A stretch of DNA of 64,000 nucleotides, from positions 1 to 64,000 of the IMG/VR virus record IMGVR_UViG_3300009788_000005. One strand, given 5' to 3'. The notes under the pieces are model-generated. The model was not told where the DNA came from and did not search any database. It was given only the letters and a program-made list of their open reading frames with translations. This DNA comes from a virus. Below, one piece after another: positions 8,967 through 18,496 of the stretch; the first letter of the stretch is position 1, and each line of letters opens with the position of its first letter. Both the position numbers and the translations under genes were made by a program.

Positions 8967-10246
8967 ATCTTAAAATCCTCTTCTTTAGTTTCCTTACCCT
9001 TGCTTTTCTTAATAGTCTTCTTACCTGTAGGAAGATCATCATCCCGGATAATATCCTCTATCTCCTCCATCACTTCCGACTCCCCTACATCTAAGTCTCC
9101 TAATATACTACTTCTAAACTTATTTCTCTTAGCCCTAAGTTTCTTAATCTTCTTAGTATCCTTCTTCTCTACCTCCTCTACCTTCTGGGCATCTGTAGTA
9201 TGTAGGTGTAAATGTTTACCCTCTATCTGTACTGTATCAGTAGGAGCAGTCCCAGTTAACTTATCCACATACTGCAAGGTAGGTAAGTCTACCTCTAACT
9301 TATCTATCTCTAGTCTCTGCTTATGTATATCGATTGCTATAGGTGTTTTGCTTATCATATTACCTTCCTCATCATACTCAATCTCAAAAGCTATACGCTG
9401 ATCTATAGACTCTACCTGCTTATGCGTTGTACGCTGCTGCATACGGTACTTAAGAGCTTGCCTACTCAATTCCATCAACTCATGTATGTCATTTATACGA
9501 GCTAATCTAATCATCTCTACACGCTTTATTTTCACCTCTTCCCACATACTCTCTAACCTATCATAAAAAGTAGATAAGGCATAGTAAAAGCTTCCCTCTG
9601 CTATACCTACCTTAAAACAGCAATTAGCTAATGTTAAAAATCCTGTCTCATGGCGATATAATTGCTCACCCTGTAAGCTAACTACTGTAGGTATCTTAAC
9701 CGTAGTATACTCAGTATAATACTTACATACCCTAGCAAATGATCTTATTATATTACGTTCTGATTCCTGACTACGAGGCTTACGCTCAAATTCTTTATTT
9801 ATAGCCTTAGCCATAATACCGCATACATCCCACTCACTCTCTAATCCTAAGCTCTCCACCCAATTATAAAAAGATTCTTTAGGTATTTTCTGATCCTTAC
9901 ATAGATCAACTAAAGTTTTATCAGTGTAGGCGTATCCATCCATTATATCAGTAACCTTCTGTCTTTTAGTAGCCTCTGAATACCTCTTAGTTCTTTTGTT
10001 TATTTTCTTAGCTGACGGTGCCTGCCTAGTTAACTTCTCATATACCTTCTCATACTTCTCTTTAATCTTCTCAAACCCATCCCTCTTTAACCAAAAATTA
10101 AATTGTCTCTGACTGATACCATTAAGGTCTATAATATCTTTCAGAGACTTATCAGGATGTTTAGGTATGTCTGCACATATCTTTAGGCATATAGCCTTTC
10201 TCTCTACATCACTTGAAAATTTATGCGTTCGTTTTTTCTTATCCAT
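8963..10246 (-). CDS. multi-HTH DNA-binding protein, terminase small subunit-like
   Basis: Three HTH-like segments (SLKDIIDLNGISQRQFNFW; TLVDLCKDQKIPKESFYNW; TLANCCFKVGIAEGSFYYA) followed by a helical/charged tail. Confidence 0.5.
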   Translation of the reverse strand: MDKKKRTHKFSSDVERKAICLKICADIPKHPDKSLKDIIDLNGISQRQFNFWLKRDGFEKIKEKYEKVYEKLTRQAPSAKKINKRTKRYSEATKRQKVTDIMDGYAYTDKTLVDLCKDQKIPKESFYNWVESLGLESEWDVCGIMAKAINKEFERKPRSQESERNIIRSFARVCKYYTEYTTVKIPTVVSLQGEQLYRHETGFLTLANCCFKVGIAEGSFYYALSTFYDRLESMWEEVKIKRVEMIRLARINDIHELMELSRQALKYRMQQRTTHKQVESIDQRIAFEIEYDEEGNMISKTPIAIDIHKQRLEIDKLEVDLPTLQYVDKLTGTAPTDTVQIEGKHLHLHTTDAQKVEEVEKKDTKKIKKLRAKRNKFRSSILGDLDVGESEVMEEIEDIIRDDDLPTGKKTIKKSKGKETKEEDFKI

Positions 10247-10271
10247 TTACACCTGTAAAAATTTTACACTT

Positions 10272-10484
10272 TTACTTCAATAAAGGATTAACCGTATCCT
10301 TTGCCCTACTCTTATTATAGACTATCAACCTTTCTATACAAGTAGGACCAATTACCTTAGATCCATCCGTAGTGGACTTGCGCATAACACACCACTTACA
10401 CGGATGTAAATTATGCGCACCGCACAATACTGTTAATGATCTACCCCTATAATGTATTACCTGCAATAATTTATGTACAGCCAT
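10272..10484 (-). CDS. hypothetical Cys-rich protein
   Basis: 70-aa ORF. Confidence 0.45.
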   Translation of the reverse strand: MAVHKLLQVIHYRGRSLTVLCGAHNLHPCKWCVMRKSTTDGSKVIGPTCIERLIVYNKSRAKDTVNPLLK

Positions 10485-10761
10485 ATCTTTTACCTTTTAT
10501 AGGTCTAACTTTTATCGGCTCAATAGTAAATTTATCAGTTAACATACTAGTAGTAATACCCATATTATTATCCTGCCTAAATCTAAGCTCACTTTCTAAA
10601 CTACCCGATATATTGACTATCATTCTTTCTCTTTCCTTCAGCAAACGATCTACCTCTCTTTTCGCTCCCCCTTCATCTACCCAACTACTGTTATTCATAT
10701 AGATCTCTTTCAAGCCCGTAAGGCAATTAATATACGTTATCCTGTAGTAAATCTTAGACAT
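10471..10761 (-). CDS. hypothetical protein
   Basis: 96-aa ORF, packed. Confidence 0.55.
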   Translation of the reverse strand: MSKIYYRITYINCLTGLKEIYMNNSSWVDEGGAKREVDRLLKERERMIVNISGSLESELRFRQDNNMGITTSMLTDKFTIEPIKVRPIKGKRYGCT

Positions 10762-11186
10762 TAGTTTATATCTTCTATCGAAGGGTACAAAATAACATGA
10801 TGATTTAACAACTTCTTAATTACTGAAATTCTCATATCTCTGCATGCATCCTCTGTATGTTGTTTAGCCCCTAAAGAATAATACTTACCTTCCACCTTAA
10901 CTACTATTCTAACATCCTCTATATCATTTATATCAACCTCCTTAGATAACTGGACTACCACATCTTGAAAAGGTATCCCCTGGATACGGGCATCTATTAT
11001 TACACGTAACATTATATTAGTAGCACCCGGAGTATCTATCCAAGCTCTATACTCCTGCTCAGTCATCCCCAAAAAATCCCACAACTCAATACCTCCCGGA
11101 TGAGATTCATGCCACATATCTACATACTCCTCAATATCTTTATGTGATACCCTGCCTGCTACACACTCATCTATAAATTTACCCAT
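10761..11186 (-). CDS. hypothetical protein
   Basis: 141-aa ORF, packed. Confidence 0.65.
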   Translation of the reverse strand: MGKFIDECVAGRVSHKDIEEYVDMWHESHPGGIELWDFLGMTEQEYRAWIDTPGATNIMLRVIIDARIQGIPFQDVVVQLSKEVDINDIEDVRIVVKVEGKYYSLGAKQHTEDACRDMRISVIKKLLNHHVILYPSIEDIN

Positions 11187-11472
11187 TTCGTAATACCATT
11201 AAACAATTACTTATTGAATTAATATTATACAATTTCCACACACTACTATAAGTCCTCCTACACTTTAGCACCCTACACTCTACCTCATTCCCCTCCTTAT
11301 CCATCAACATACCCCATATTTTAGCCGGATTAGCTTGTAGGGTCTTAGCCACACCTCTAACTGATCCTCTCCCGCCCCTTACTACCAATATCCTACGAAC
11401 GTCCTCCCAGGAGGATCTTTTAAATTTTACTAAAGGTGTGAGGTAGGTAGTAAAAGGTATCTGCTGTTGCAT
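11179..11472 (-). CDS. hypothetical protein
   Basis: 97-aa ORF. Confidence 0.55.
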   Translation of the reverse strand: MQQQIPFTTYLTPLVKFKRSSWEDVRRILVVRGGRGSVRGVAKTLQANPAKIWGMLMDKEGNEVECRVLKCRRTYSSVWKLYNINSISNCLMVLRNG

Positions 11473-11475
11473 AAC

Positions 11476-11679
11476 TTACTTTTGCCTCCTAAAAGTTACA
11501 ACTACATCCTGCTTATCCATAGGGCACCACTCAGGTCTACTACCCAAACCTGTAACCACATAATCAGATATTATATTATTATATAGACCCATTAAACATG
11601 AATACTTAACCTTTTCATATCCATAATTATAAGCTAAAGCACAATCACTACAACCCTTTACCTCTATAACTTTTCCCAT
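11476..11679 (-). CDS. small Cys-domain protein (CxxC...C...PEWCP)
   Basis: EVKGCSDC...RPEWCPM; same domain at the end of the neighbouring gene. Confidence 0.6.
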   Translation of the reverse strand: MGKVIEVKGCSDCALAYNYGYEKVKYSCLMGLYNNIISDYVVTGLGSRPEWCPMDKQDVVVTFRRQK

Positions 11680-11684
11680 AATAT

Positions 11685-12167
11685 CTACCTCCTTAAAGTT
11701 ACATCACCCCTATTCAAAGGACACCACTCAGGACTAATATTTACTCCTTCTGCTGTATCCTTAAAAATAATTCTACCATCACCCTTACCCTCACATCTAT
11801 ATATTATTATTTGATTAGTATTATTACTTTTATGTCTTAAAGGACAACCATTACACCCAGGCACTTCCCATACTACGGGCTTTACACGCTCCCTCCATAT
11901 AAAAGCATCATCTGTAGGTCTATCCTCAGTATCCAAAATTATAACTAGTGTAGGTAGTAAGCATATATATAGCAACCTCTCCGATCTATCAATATAACAA
12001 CCTACCCACATATCCTTCTTTACCCATCTTAACCTAATCCTTCTACCTATAGTACAGGCTATCAATACAACTACTACAAATAATATCGATAAGAGTAATA
12101 AAATTTTACCTACTACTGATACAACGTCCATAACTAATAACTTAAATATCCCTAATTCATAAAACAA
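11685..12167 (-). CDS. membrane-anchored protein with C-terminal Cys domain
   Basis: Hydrophobic ILLLLSILFVVVVLIA; EVPGCNGC...SPEWCPL. Confidence 0.6.
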   Translation of the reverse strand: MFYELGIFKLLVMDVVSVVGKILLLLSILFVVVVLIACTIGRRIRLRWVKKDMWVGCYIDRSERLLYICLLPTLVIILDTEDRPTDDAFIWRERVKPVVWEVPGCNGCPLRHKSNNTNQIIIYRCEGKGDGRIIFKDTAEGVNISPEWCPLNRGDVTLRR

Positions 12168-12382
12168 TCAGTACACACCCTATCTCCATCATCATCTACA
12201 GCATACATAATATCACACCACCAACTGCATGTATCACACTTAAATACTTCCTCATCCAAAGCATCATTATCCTGATCAGTCATATCCTCTAATGATAATC
12301 CTTGAACCTCTAACCCCTGCTCAAGAGTCTTACTGCTACCCCTAAGATTATGTACTAGTTTGTCTATATCTACTACTCCCAT
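12152..12382 (-). CDS. small zinc-binding protein
   Basis: CDTCSWW...VCTDC. Confidence 0.6.
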   Translation of the reverse strand: MGVVDIDKLVHNLRGSSKTLEQGLEVQGLSLEDMTDQDNDALDEEVFKCDTCSWWCDIMYAVDDDGDRVCTDCFMN

Positions 12383-12391
12383 AGTCTTAAT

Positions 12392-12694
12392 CTATAATGT
12401 ATAAAATACATATAAATGATAAACCTCATCCCCCATAAAATAGGTATCTACATATGTAGATACCTCATCACAAATATAAGGGGGTAATTCCTCACCTGTA
12501 CCGTATAATCTAAATACCATAGTTATGAGGGTACTATCTGTATTATACACTTCTCCCCATACAGCTAATGAATTACCTTGAATAGCCACCTTGATCAAAA
12601 TAGTACCTAAATGTACTTCTGCTATCCATTCTTTACCGTCAGTACTATCAGCCTTATATTTATGAACTACTCTTATTCCCATAATAAACCTCAA
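12392..12694 (-). CDS. hypothetical phage protein
   Basis: 100-aa ORF with YGTGE...VYHLY pattern. Confidence 0.6.
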   Translation of the reverse strand: MRFIMGIRVVHKYKADSTDGKEWIAEVHLGTILIKVAIQGNSLAVWGEVYNTDSTLITMVFRLYGTGEELPPYICDEVSTYVDTYFMGDEVYHLYVFYTL

Positions 12695-12724
12695 CTGTAA
12701 AATTTTTACACTCCATCATTATTC

Positions 12725-13330
12725 TTATTTATATACAATTTCACCATTATCAAAATCAAATAACTTTTTATCATCCGATACTTCACCACACAATTCCTTA
12801 CGAGTAGCAGGCCCATAATCTACATACTCCTTCCAAGAAACCCATCCCAACTTAGTCATAAATCCCCACTTACGCTTAGGCCAAAACATAATAACCAAAG
12901 TCTTAACCGGCTTTATTTGGTGCTGAGGTAGCTGTACTCTATGCAGGCACTTAGCAGATCTATAGACTATAGATCCTGTACTCCTAGTATATACTACCGG
13001 ATATACTACATCCTTCCTTTTCCTATATTCAAAATATTCCCCAGACATAACAAAGGATATGAAAGACCAAGGATGATCATGCAAACACCTATCCTTATCA
13101 CTTCGTAATATCCAATGTATACATATAGAAAATAGGGGAGTCTTAAGTATTGTAAGTCTTTTTAGATAAGGATCTCCATCTATATTTATAATCTCTCTAC
13201 CCCAAATACCCCACCTCTTATACCAAGGATTTTTATTTATAGTTTGGTCTTGTTTCATAGTTAAAGGTACAAAAACTTTCCCTTTAACTAAAACCCCGGT
13301 ACCCATATACCGGAATACAACCAACCCCAT
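12725..13330 (-). CDS. cupin-like protein
   Basis: SDKDRCLHDHPWSFISFVMSGEYFE...HRV metal-binding cupin pattern. Confidence 0.65.
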   Translation of the reverse strand: MGLVVFRYMGTGVLVKGKVFVPLTMKQDQTINKNPWYKRWGIWGREIINIDGDPYLKRLTILKTPLFSICIHWILRSDKDRCLHDHPWSFISFVMSGEYFEYRKRKDVVYPVVYTRSTGSIVYRSAKCLHRVQLPQHQIKPVKTLVIMFWPKRKWGFMTKLGWVSWKEYVDYGPATRKELCGEVSDDKKLFDFDNGEIVYK

Positions 13331-13539
13331 ACTATTACTCCATCTTTCCTAGCTACTACTCTATTTTCAATATCTTCATTAGCAAACAAACAACATTCCT
13401 CAGCAGACCCCTCTAGCAATATGTGTAGCCTCCACCTGTTAACTACGTAAACAGGCTTATATCTGTCTACCCCCGCAATAGTTAATCCAACATCCTTAGC
13501 CTGCCTATCTAGTACATAATATTTATAAAAGGCAATCAA
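13288..13539 (-). CDS. hypothetical protein
   Basis: 83-aa ORF. Confidence 0.5.
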   Translation of the reverse strand: MIAFYKYYVLDRQAKDVGLTIAGVDRYKPVYVVNRWRLHILLEGSAEECCLFANEDIENRVVARKDGVIVWGWLYSGIWVPGF

Positions 13540-13541
13540 TA

Positions 13542-13850
13542 TTATGTACTTAATTTACTTTTCCTACCCTCCTCAGCTACAAGATCCGTACCTAAACTAG
13601 GAGACTTCAACCAGGAAAATATAACAGTAGATTTATCTTTGGGTAAATTATTAATTACTGTTACGGGTATTGTACCTGCATACACAGCCTGATATAAACT
13701 AACCAAATCTACTCTACCTCCAGATGAAAGATCTTGTAACCAAAACTTAACCATATCCTTAGATACATATATCTGAGTAGGTAACCCATCCTTCTCTATC
13801 TTCTGTAAGAGCCTATCCCACTGCTCATCCTGTTTGCTTGTGTCTGTCAT
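13542..13850 (-). CDS. hypothetical protein
   Basis: 102-aa ORF. Confidence 0.6.
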   Translation of the reverse strand: MTDTSKQDEQWDRLLQKIEKDGLPTQIYVSKDMVKFWLQDLSSGGRVDLVSLYQAVYAGTIPVTVINNLPKDKSTVIFSWLKSPSLGTDLVAEEGRKSKLST

Positions 13851-13854
13851 AATA

Positions 13855-14073
13855 TTACCACTTAGATTTTATTCTAATCAATCCTGACATACTATCATAC
13901 CTATACTTTCTTCTTATTCTTTTTGATAGCTGGATTCTATCCATATAATAATTATTAGATTTCTTTAAAACCTGTCTCAATCTGCCCATTTTATCCAGAA
14001 TATCTTGTAGGGATATAAACGCTTCATCTGCTCCTCTTAACTCAATCTTATAAACTAGTTCAACCTTTGCCAT
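13855..14073 (-). CDS. hypothetical protein
   Basis: 72-aa ORF; ATG 3 nt after a palindrome. Confidence 0.55.
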   Translation of the reverse strand: MAKVELVYKIELRGADEAFISLQDILDKMGRLRQVLKKSNNYYMDRIQLSKRIRRKYRYDSMSGLIRIKSKW

Positions 14074-14094
14074 ACCTGTAAAAATTTTACACCC

Positions 14095-14370
14095 CTACGT
14101 AAGGGGTATACCTTGATACTTACCCGAATTACTGGAAATCTGTTGAAGTATCATATCATACTCAGCCTGAGTAGCTACCCTAGTTACATCTACAGTAGCA
14201 TCATCAGCACAATAGATAATTCCATGCCTAATACCGGCAGTACCTAATATCAAATTGTACGTAAAAAAATGTTTATCCGGTTCCGGATTGGTTTCTACTA
14301 AGGCAGTAACCCCCTTGAATATACTACTATCAAAAGTAGATCCCTCTATTAATTTGAATACTTTAGGCAT
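14095..14370 (-). CDS. hypothetical protein
   Basis: 91-aa ORF. Confidence 0.6.
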   Translation of the reverse strand: MPKVFKLIEGSTFDSSIFKGVTALVETNPEPDKHFFTYNLILGTAGIRHGIIYCADDATVDVTRVATQAEYDMILQQISSNSGKYQGIPLT

Positions 14371-14704
14371 AACCTTTTTTTCTTATTTCTAAATAATCTC
14401 CTAATACAAAATTATCTAATAGATGTAATATCTTGTCCTTCTTATTCACATCATCGTAAACTTCTCCAGCTAATATATTTTTAGCCTCATCTGATTTAGT
14501 AATTCCAAGACAAACAAGCTCCCATATCAAGTATAAAAAATCTGTACAATCTATATGATATTTCTTATGATGAATTACAAACTTACCCGAACCAGGATAA
14601 TAAGATATGAGTGTATCTTTAACTTTAAAATCCCTGGATATTTCTGTAGCTAACAAGTATCCTATTATTTTTTGATCTATCCTGTCAGTTATATCTTCCA
14701 TCAA
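14363..14704 (-). CDS. hypothetical protein
   Basis: 113-aa ORF. Confidence 0.6.
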   Translation of the reverse strand: MMEDITDRIDQKIIGYLLATEISRDFKVKDTLISYYPGSGKFVIHHKKYHIDCTDFLYLIWELVCLGITKSDEAKNILAGEVYDDVNKKDKILHLLDNFVLGDYLEIRKKGYA

Positions 14705-14998
14705 TTACTTAATTAGTGATACATCCAACACCATAGCTATATCTCTGAAAGGTCCTATACTTTTACCTACTATAGCTACCCCTGCCTCATGAGGATTCCT
14801 TAAACCTAAATTCATACAAGCTACTCCGTTCAAGCCGTATTGTGTTCCTCTGATCTCTACTACGGGCATATTTCTAACGGGCTGTCTAAGTATAGCATCA
14901 GCATCATTAAAAGCCCATAGATCCTGAAAAATAAAACTCATTACCGTTATCTCCTCTAAGGTCTTAGCCTTGTCTATATAACTGTCTACAACCCCCAT
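14705..14998 (-). CDS. hypothetical protein
   Basis: 97-aa ORF. Confidence 0.6.
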   Translation of the reverse strand: MGVVDSYIDKAKTLEEITVMSFIFQDLWAFNDADAILRQPVRNMPVVEIRGTQYGLNGVACMNLGLRNPHEAGVAIVGKSIGPFRDIAMVLDVSLIK

Positions 14999-15006
14999 AA
15001 TACAAT

Positions 15007-15480
15007 CTAATTCTTTTTAGAGTTTAAAACAATAGTATTTACCTCAGGATGAAATACCTCTATAAGTTGTGTCATATCCACCAAAAAACAAACACACTCC
15101 CCATCCTTCAAATCAAAATTTGTAGTGCCTTGCCAATAAGATACAAACCCAGTATTATATACAGCAGCATATACTTTATACCCCATCCCTATACCCACAG
15201 TACCGTAAGCAGATATAACCATTTTAGAACAATCTTTGATAGATTGATAATGAGCTACAGGATAATTATTAAACGGCTCAGGATGCCCTCTAAACTTTTT
15301 TAGATCGAATCCCATCTCATCCATTTTGGTAAGTAGCAATAAAAATACCGCTTCCTCCATACAAAACTGGCCTATATCACCCGGAAAAGCCCTAACAAAT
15401 ATCCTGTCCCTTTTCCATGCTTTTATCTTGCATACATCTACCCCGCCTAAGTTCAACTCACTATTAGTATATTTTACCAT
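15007..15480 (-). CDS. hypothetical protein
   Basis: 157-aa ORF. Confidence 0.6.
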   Translation of the reverse strand: MVKYTNSELNLGGVDVCKIKAWKRDRIFVRAFPGDIGQFCMEEAVFLLLLTKMDEMGFDLKKFRGHPEPFNNYPVAHYQSIKDCSKMVISAYGTVGIGMGYKVYAAVYNTGFVSYWQGTTNFDLKDGECVCFLVDMTQLIEVFHPEVNTIVLNSKKN

Positions 15481-15482
15481 AG

Positions 15483-17069
15483 CTACAAAATTATAATATT
15501 ATTAGTTATTGCCCTAGAGCAAGCTGTATAGAATACCTTTCTATGATAAGCATCAGTAGCCCTAGATCTATTTATCTTATCTATATCATACTCAAGTATT
15601 ATAGAAGTATCAAAACTAGATCCCATAGACCTATGTACGGTACAAGCATGCGAATAAGTAAAATTAACAAACATCTTAGTGAAAGAATAATACTGCATGA
15701 AGGACATTCTAGCCCCCGACTTATCTCCTGCTCTCTTTAATCTCAAAGCCCTCTCTTTCCACTCCTGCATAAAAGCAGCATAATCAGCCTGCTCATCCTC
15801 ATGCAATATCTTACACGTAGAAGATAATACCTGACCCGTACTATCACACACGTACTCTACCTCTGTATGATAGTACGTAAACTTAGCCTCATTATTACCC
15901 CCTATAGCCTTAATCAAACTCATAGTAGTAGGAGTAACCTTCACTATCCGCAACTCACTAAAATTAGGATGCTTTATTATCTTCTCTCCAGTTTCGGGAT
16001 CTGTTTCTACTATAGAAGATTTAGTTATTATAGTTTCCCCAGGTATCAGTATAGGTAAATGTCCGTTAGGATATCTGTCCGCATACAATAACTTTCTTAC
16101 TCTATGATTCCATAACTCTACTGTATCCTTATAGTAAGCTAGTATTTTAACATAATCTGTATCCTTCGCATAACTATCAGATCCAAAATATTTTATCAGT
16201 ATTGTATCAATATCCTGATCCCTTCTATCCAAATAATACACACCTCCCGTATCACTAACTACAGTATTCTTAGCCCTATCTTTGTACTCTCCTAAGCGTA
16301 TAGAAGTTGCCATAGCAAGGACAGGATTATCTAGGGCTTGTCTCATTACTGTAGCTAATGTTGAACTACGTATATCGTGAAAATCATGGTATGACTTATC
16401 AAATATAACAGACACCCCCCCCTTAGTACCCTTCATATTAATAGGAGGAATTTGCTCCATATCCCCCACAAATATAATATTAACTATGTCTTTCCAAGAT
16501 AATAACTCATCCACCATAGCAGTTTCTAACCAACTATCCTCATCTACTATTATAGTATCGAAATTATTTATAGGCTCCTGACCCTCCATATATGTATTAG
16601 GTCCATACTTCTCCTTACCATTCTCATCTATGAATTGTTTCCACCCTATTAAGCTATGTACTGTAGAATAGTGTACCCTGGAGTGATCAATCCTAGCTAC
16701 CTTATTCCTATCGTTTTCAAACTCCCTAAACTGAGTAGTAAAGGGAGATAACTTACGGGTAATCTTTACAGCCTTATGAGTAGGACTAGCTATACATACC
16801 CTCATATTGGTTTTATGCAGTATCAGATGTACCAGCATGGTAATAAGGGTAGTCTTGCCCGTACCGGCACTACCTAATACCATATGACATTTTCCATGTC
16901 TACCGTTAAAAAATCTCCTACAATTATCGAAAGCTATTTTCTGCTCATCAGTAAGGAAATCTATATTAGGGGGAGAAGTGATATCTACCTTTTGAATGTT
17001 AAGCTTTATAGGCTTAAGCTCAAGAGCTAATATTTTGTCAGATGAATTATCTTTTATGTGTACTGGCAT
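15483..17069 (-). CDS. Dda/RecD-like SF1B DNA helicase
   Basis: Walker A GSAGTGKT, SPTHKAV, IIVDE, VGDMEQIPP, MRQA, HACTVHRSMGSSFD, YTACSRA; start re-placed at MPVHIK. Confidence 0.9.
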   Translation of the reverse strand: MPVHIKDNSSDKILALELKPIKLNIQKVDITSPPNIDFLTDEQKIAFDNCRRFFNGRHGKCHMVLGSAGTGKTTLITMLVHLILHKTNMRVCIASPTHKAVKITRKLSPFTTQFREFENDRNKVARIDHSRVHYSTVHSLIGWKQFIDENGKEKYGPNTYMEGQEPINNFDTIIVDEDSWLETAMVDELLSWKDIVNIIFVGDMEQIPPINMKGTKGGVSVIFDKSYHDFHDIRSSTLATVMRQALDNPVLAMATSIRLGEYKDRAKNTVVSDTGGVYYLDRRDQDIDTILIKYFGSDSYAKDTDYVKILAYYKDTVELWNHRVRKLLYADRYPNGHLPILIPGETIITKSSIVETDPETGEKIIKHPNFSELRIVKVTPTTMSLIKAIGGNNEAKFTYYHTEVEYVCDSTGQVLSSTCKILHEDEQADYAAFMQEWKERALRLKRAGDKSGARMSFMQYYSFTKMFVNFTYSHACTVHRSMGSSFDTSIILEYDIDKINRSRATDAYHRKVFYTACSRAITNNIIIL

Positions 17070-17127
17070 ACACAAAGATACACAGCCTAAGGTAAGATTA
17101 CAAGGGTGTAAAAATTTTACAATACTA

Positions 17128-17541
17128 TTAAGCAGCCTTGACAAATATATCTACATGCGCCACATATTTAATGGCTACATCAGTAAAAAAGTCTTGCCCG
17201 TGCCTAAAATTATTACCTAGTTTATTCATCACAGCAAAACTATCTACATCATTAGCTACTATATCATAATTTTCTGTAACTTCTGCAATTATCACAGCAT
17301 TTACAGCAACTAAAATATTATCTAAAGTAGTATCGGCAGAAGCATTTTCTACCCCTGACTTAGGAACATCAATAATAAACTCTTTAGATATATATTCATC
17401 ATCTGTAAACTCAGTTACTACAGGGAGTGTATATCCTACAGGTATCAAATGAGTACCTATATTTAATCTTGTACCACCGTGTGTTAATCCAGCCATTATA
17501 TAAAGGGTTAGGATACTAAAGTAAAATAATCTACAAAACAA
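17128..17541 (-). CDS. hypothetical protein, paralog B
   Basis: Shares LIPxxxTLP...KSGVEN...TxDNI...FxTDVA with the adjacent gene; start probably MAGLTH. Confidence 0.7.
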   Translation of the reverse strand: MFCRLFYFSILTLYIMAGLTHGGTRLNIGTHLIPVGYTLPVVTEFTDDEYISKEFIIDVPKSGVENASADTTLDNILVAVNAVIIAEVTENYDIVANDVDSFAVMNKLGNNFRHGQDFFTDVAIKYVAHVDIFVKAA

Positions 17542-17906
17542 TAATATACCGTAGCTACATCAGTTAAAAACTCCTCACTAGGAGTAAAGTTACTGGTAAT
17601 ACTACGTACTACAGCATGAGCATTTATATTGTTAGTAGTAGGATCTACATCTGCATCAATAAAAGCATCTATATCTGTATCCAACTGACTAAAGATATTA
17701 TCCATTGTTACACCTGGATCTACATTTTCTACACCTGACTTAGTAACAGGGAAAATTACCCCCTTCTTAGTATAAGTAGATACCTCAGGATCAAAGGTAC
17801 TAGGTGAAGGTAATGTATGGGTATCAGGTATTAAGCTTTTGGCTAATCCATTCTTAGTACCATCATAAACAAATACTCCCATAATGATTTTAATTTTGTT
17901 GAACAA
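17508..17906 (-). CDS. hypothetical protein, paralog A
   Basis: Paralog of the adjacent gene; start probably MGVFVY, after TATATTTG. Confidence 0.7.
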   Translation of the reverse strand: MFNKIKIIMGVFVYDGTKNGLAKSLIPDTHTLPSPSTFDPEVSTYTKKGVIFPVTKSGVENVDPGVTMDNIFSQLDTDIDAFIDADVDPTTNNINAHAVVRSITSNFTPSEEFLTDVATVYYCFVDYFTLVS

Positions 17907-17958
17907 ATATATAAATATTATTCAACAAAACCTATGAAAATAGTAAAGTTCTACCTAC

Positions 17959-18399
17959 TTACAAAACCTCAATAATAACTCCTGCTAATTCCTTATTTAT
18001 AATAACTTTCGGATGAGGAAAAGGTACTACATGTTTATAATCATCATCAGGTATCCAGGCTACTCTAGTACTATACCCCGGCACCTTTTTATCTAAGTAT
18101 CTATACTTCTGACCAGACATACAATCTAATAAAGTCTCCATAGGGTTTACAAAATCAAACCTCCTTTTAGAATCTCTAATAAATTGAAACTGTATATGTA
18201 TAGGATAATCCTTATCCCGTATCAAATACTGAAACTGTCTCTTATACTTAGTCCAGTACTGTAATGTATTAGATATATACTGCCTTACCCTCTCACTATC
18301 TATCAGCTTAGTAAACTTACCCGATCTAACTATCTGTTTATTATTTTTAGAGGAGGGTACATTACCCGGTATATAAATTTGATTTGGTTTTAAGTTCAT
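17959..18399 (-). CDS. RusA-like Holliday junction resolvase
   Basis: IPGNVPSSKN...RRFDFVN..ETLLDCM...IPDDD; start re-placed at MNLKPN. Confidence 0.7.
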   Translation of the reverse strand: MNLKPNQIYIPGNVPSSKNNKQIVRSGKFTKLIDSERVRQYISNTLQYWTKYKRQFQYLIRDKDYPIHIQFQFIRDSKRRFDFVNPMETLLDCMSGQKYRYLDKKVPGYSTRVAWIPDDDYKHVVPFPHPKVIINKELAGVIIEVL

Positions 18400-18441
18400 A
18401 TACAAATATGTAAAAATTTTACATCCTATACCCAAATAATT

Positions 18442-18496
18442 AGGATATATCAAAACCTTACCTTATCTTTGGATATAACCAAACGAAAATAAAATG
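18442..18496 (+). promoter_or_regulatory. repeated promoter/leader cassette, inverted copy 4
   Basis: AGGATATATCAAAACCTTACCTTATCTTTGGATATAACCAAACGAAAATAAAATG on the plus strand. Confidence 0.75.
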
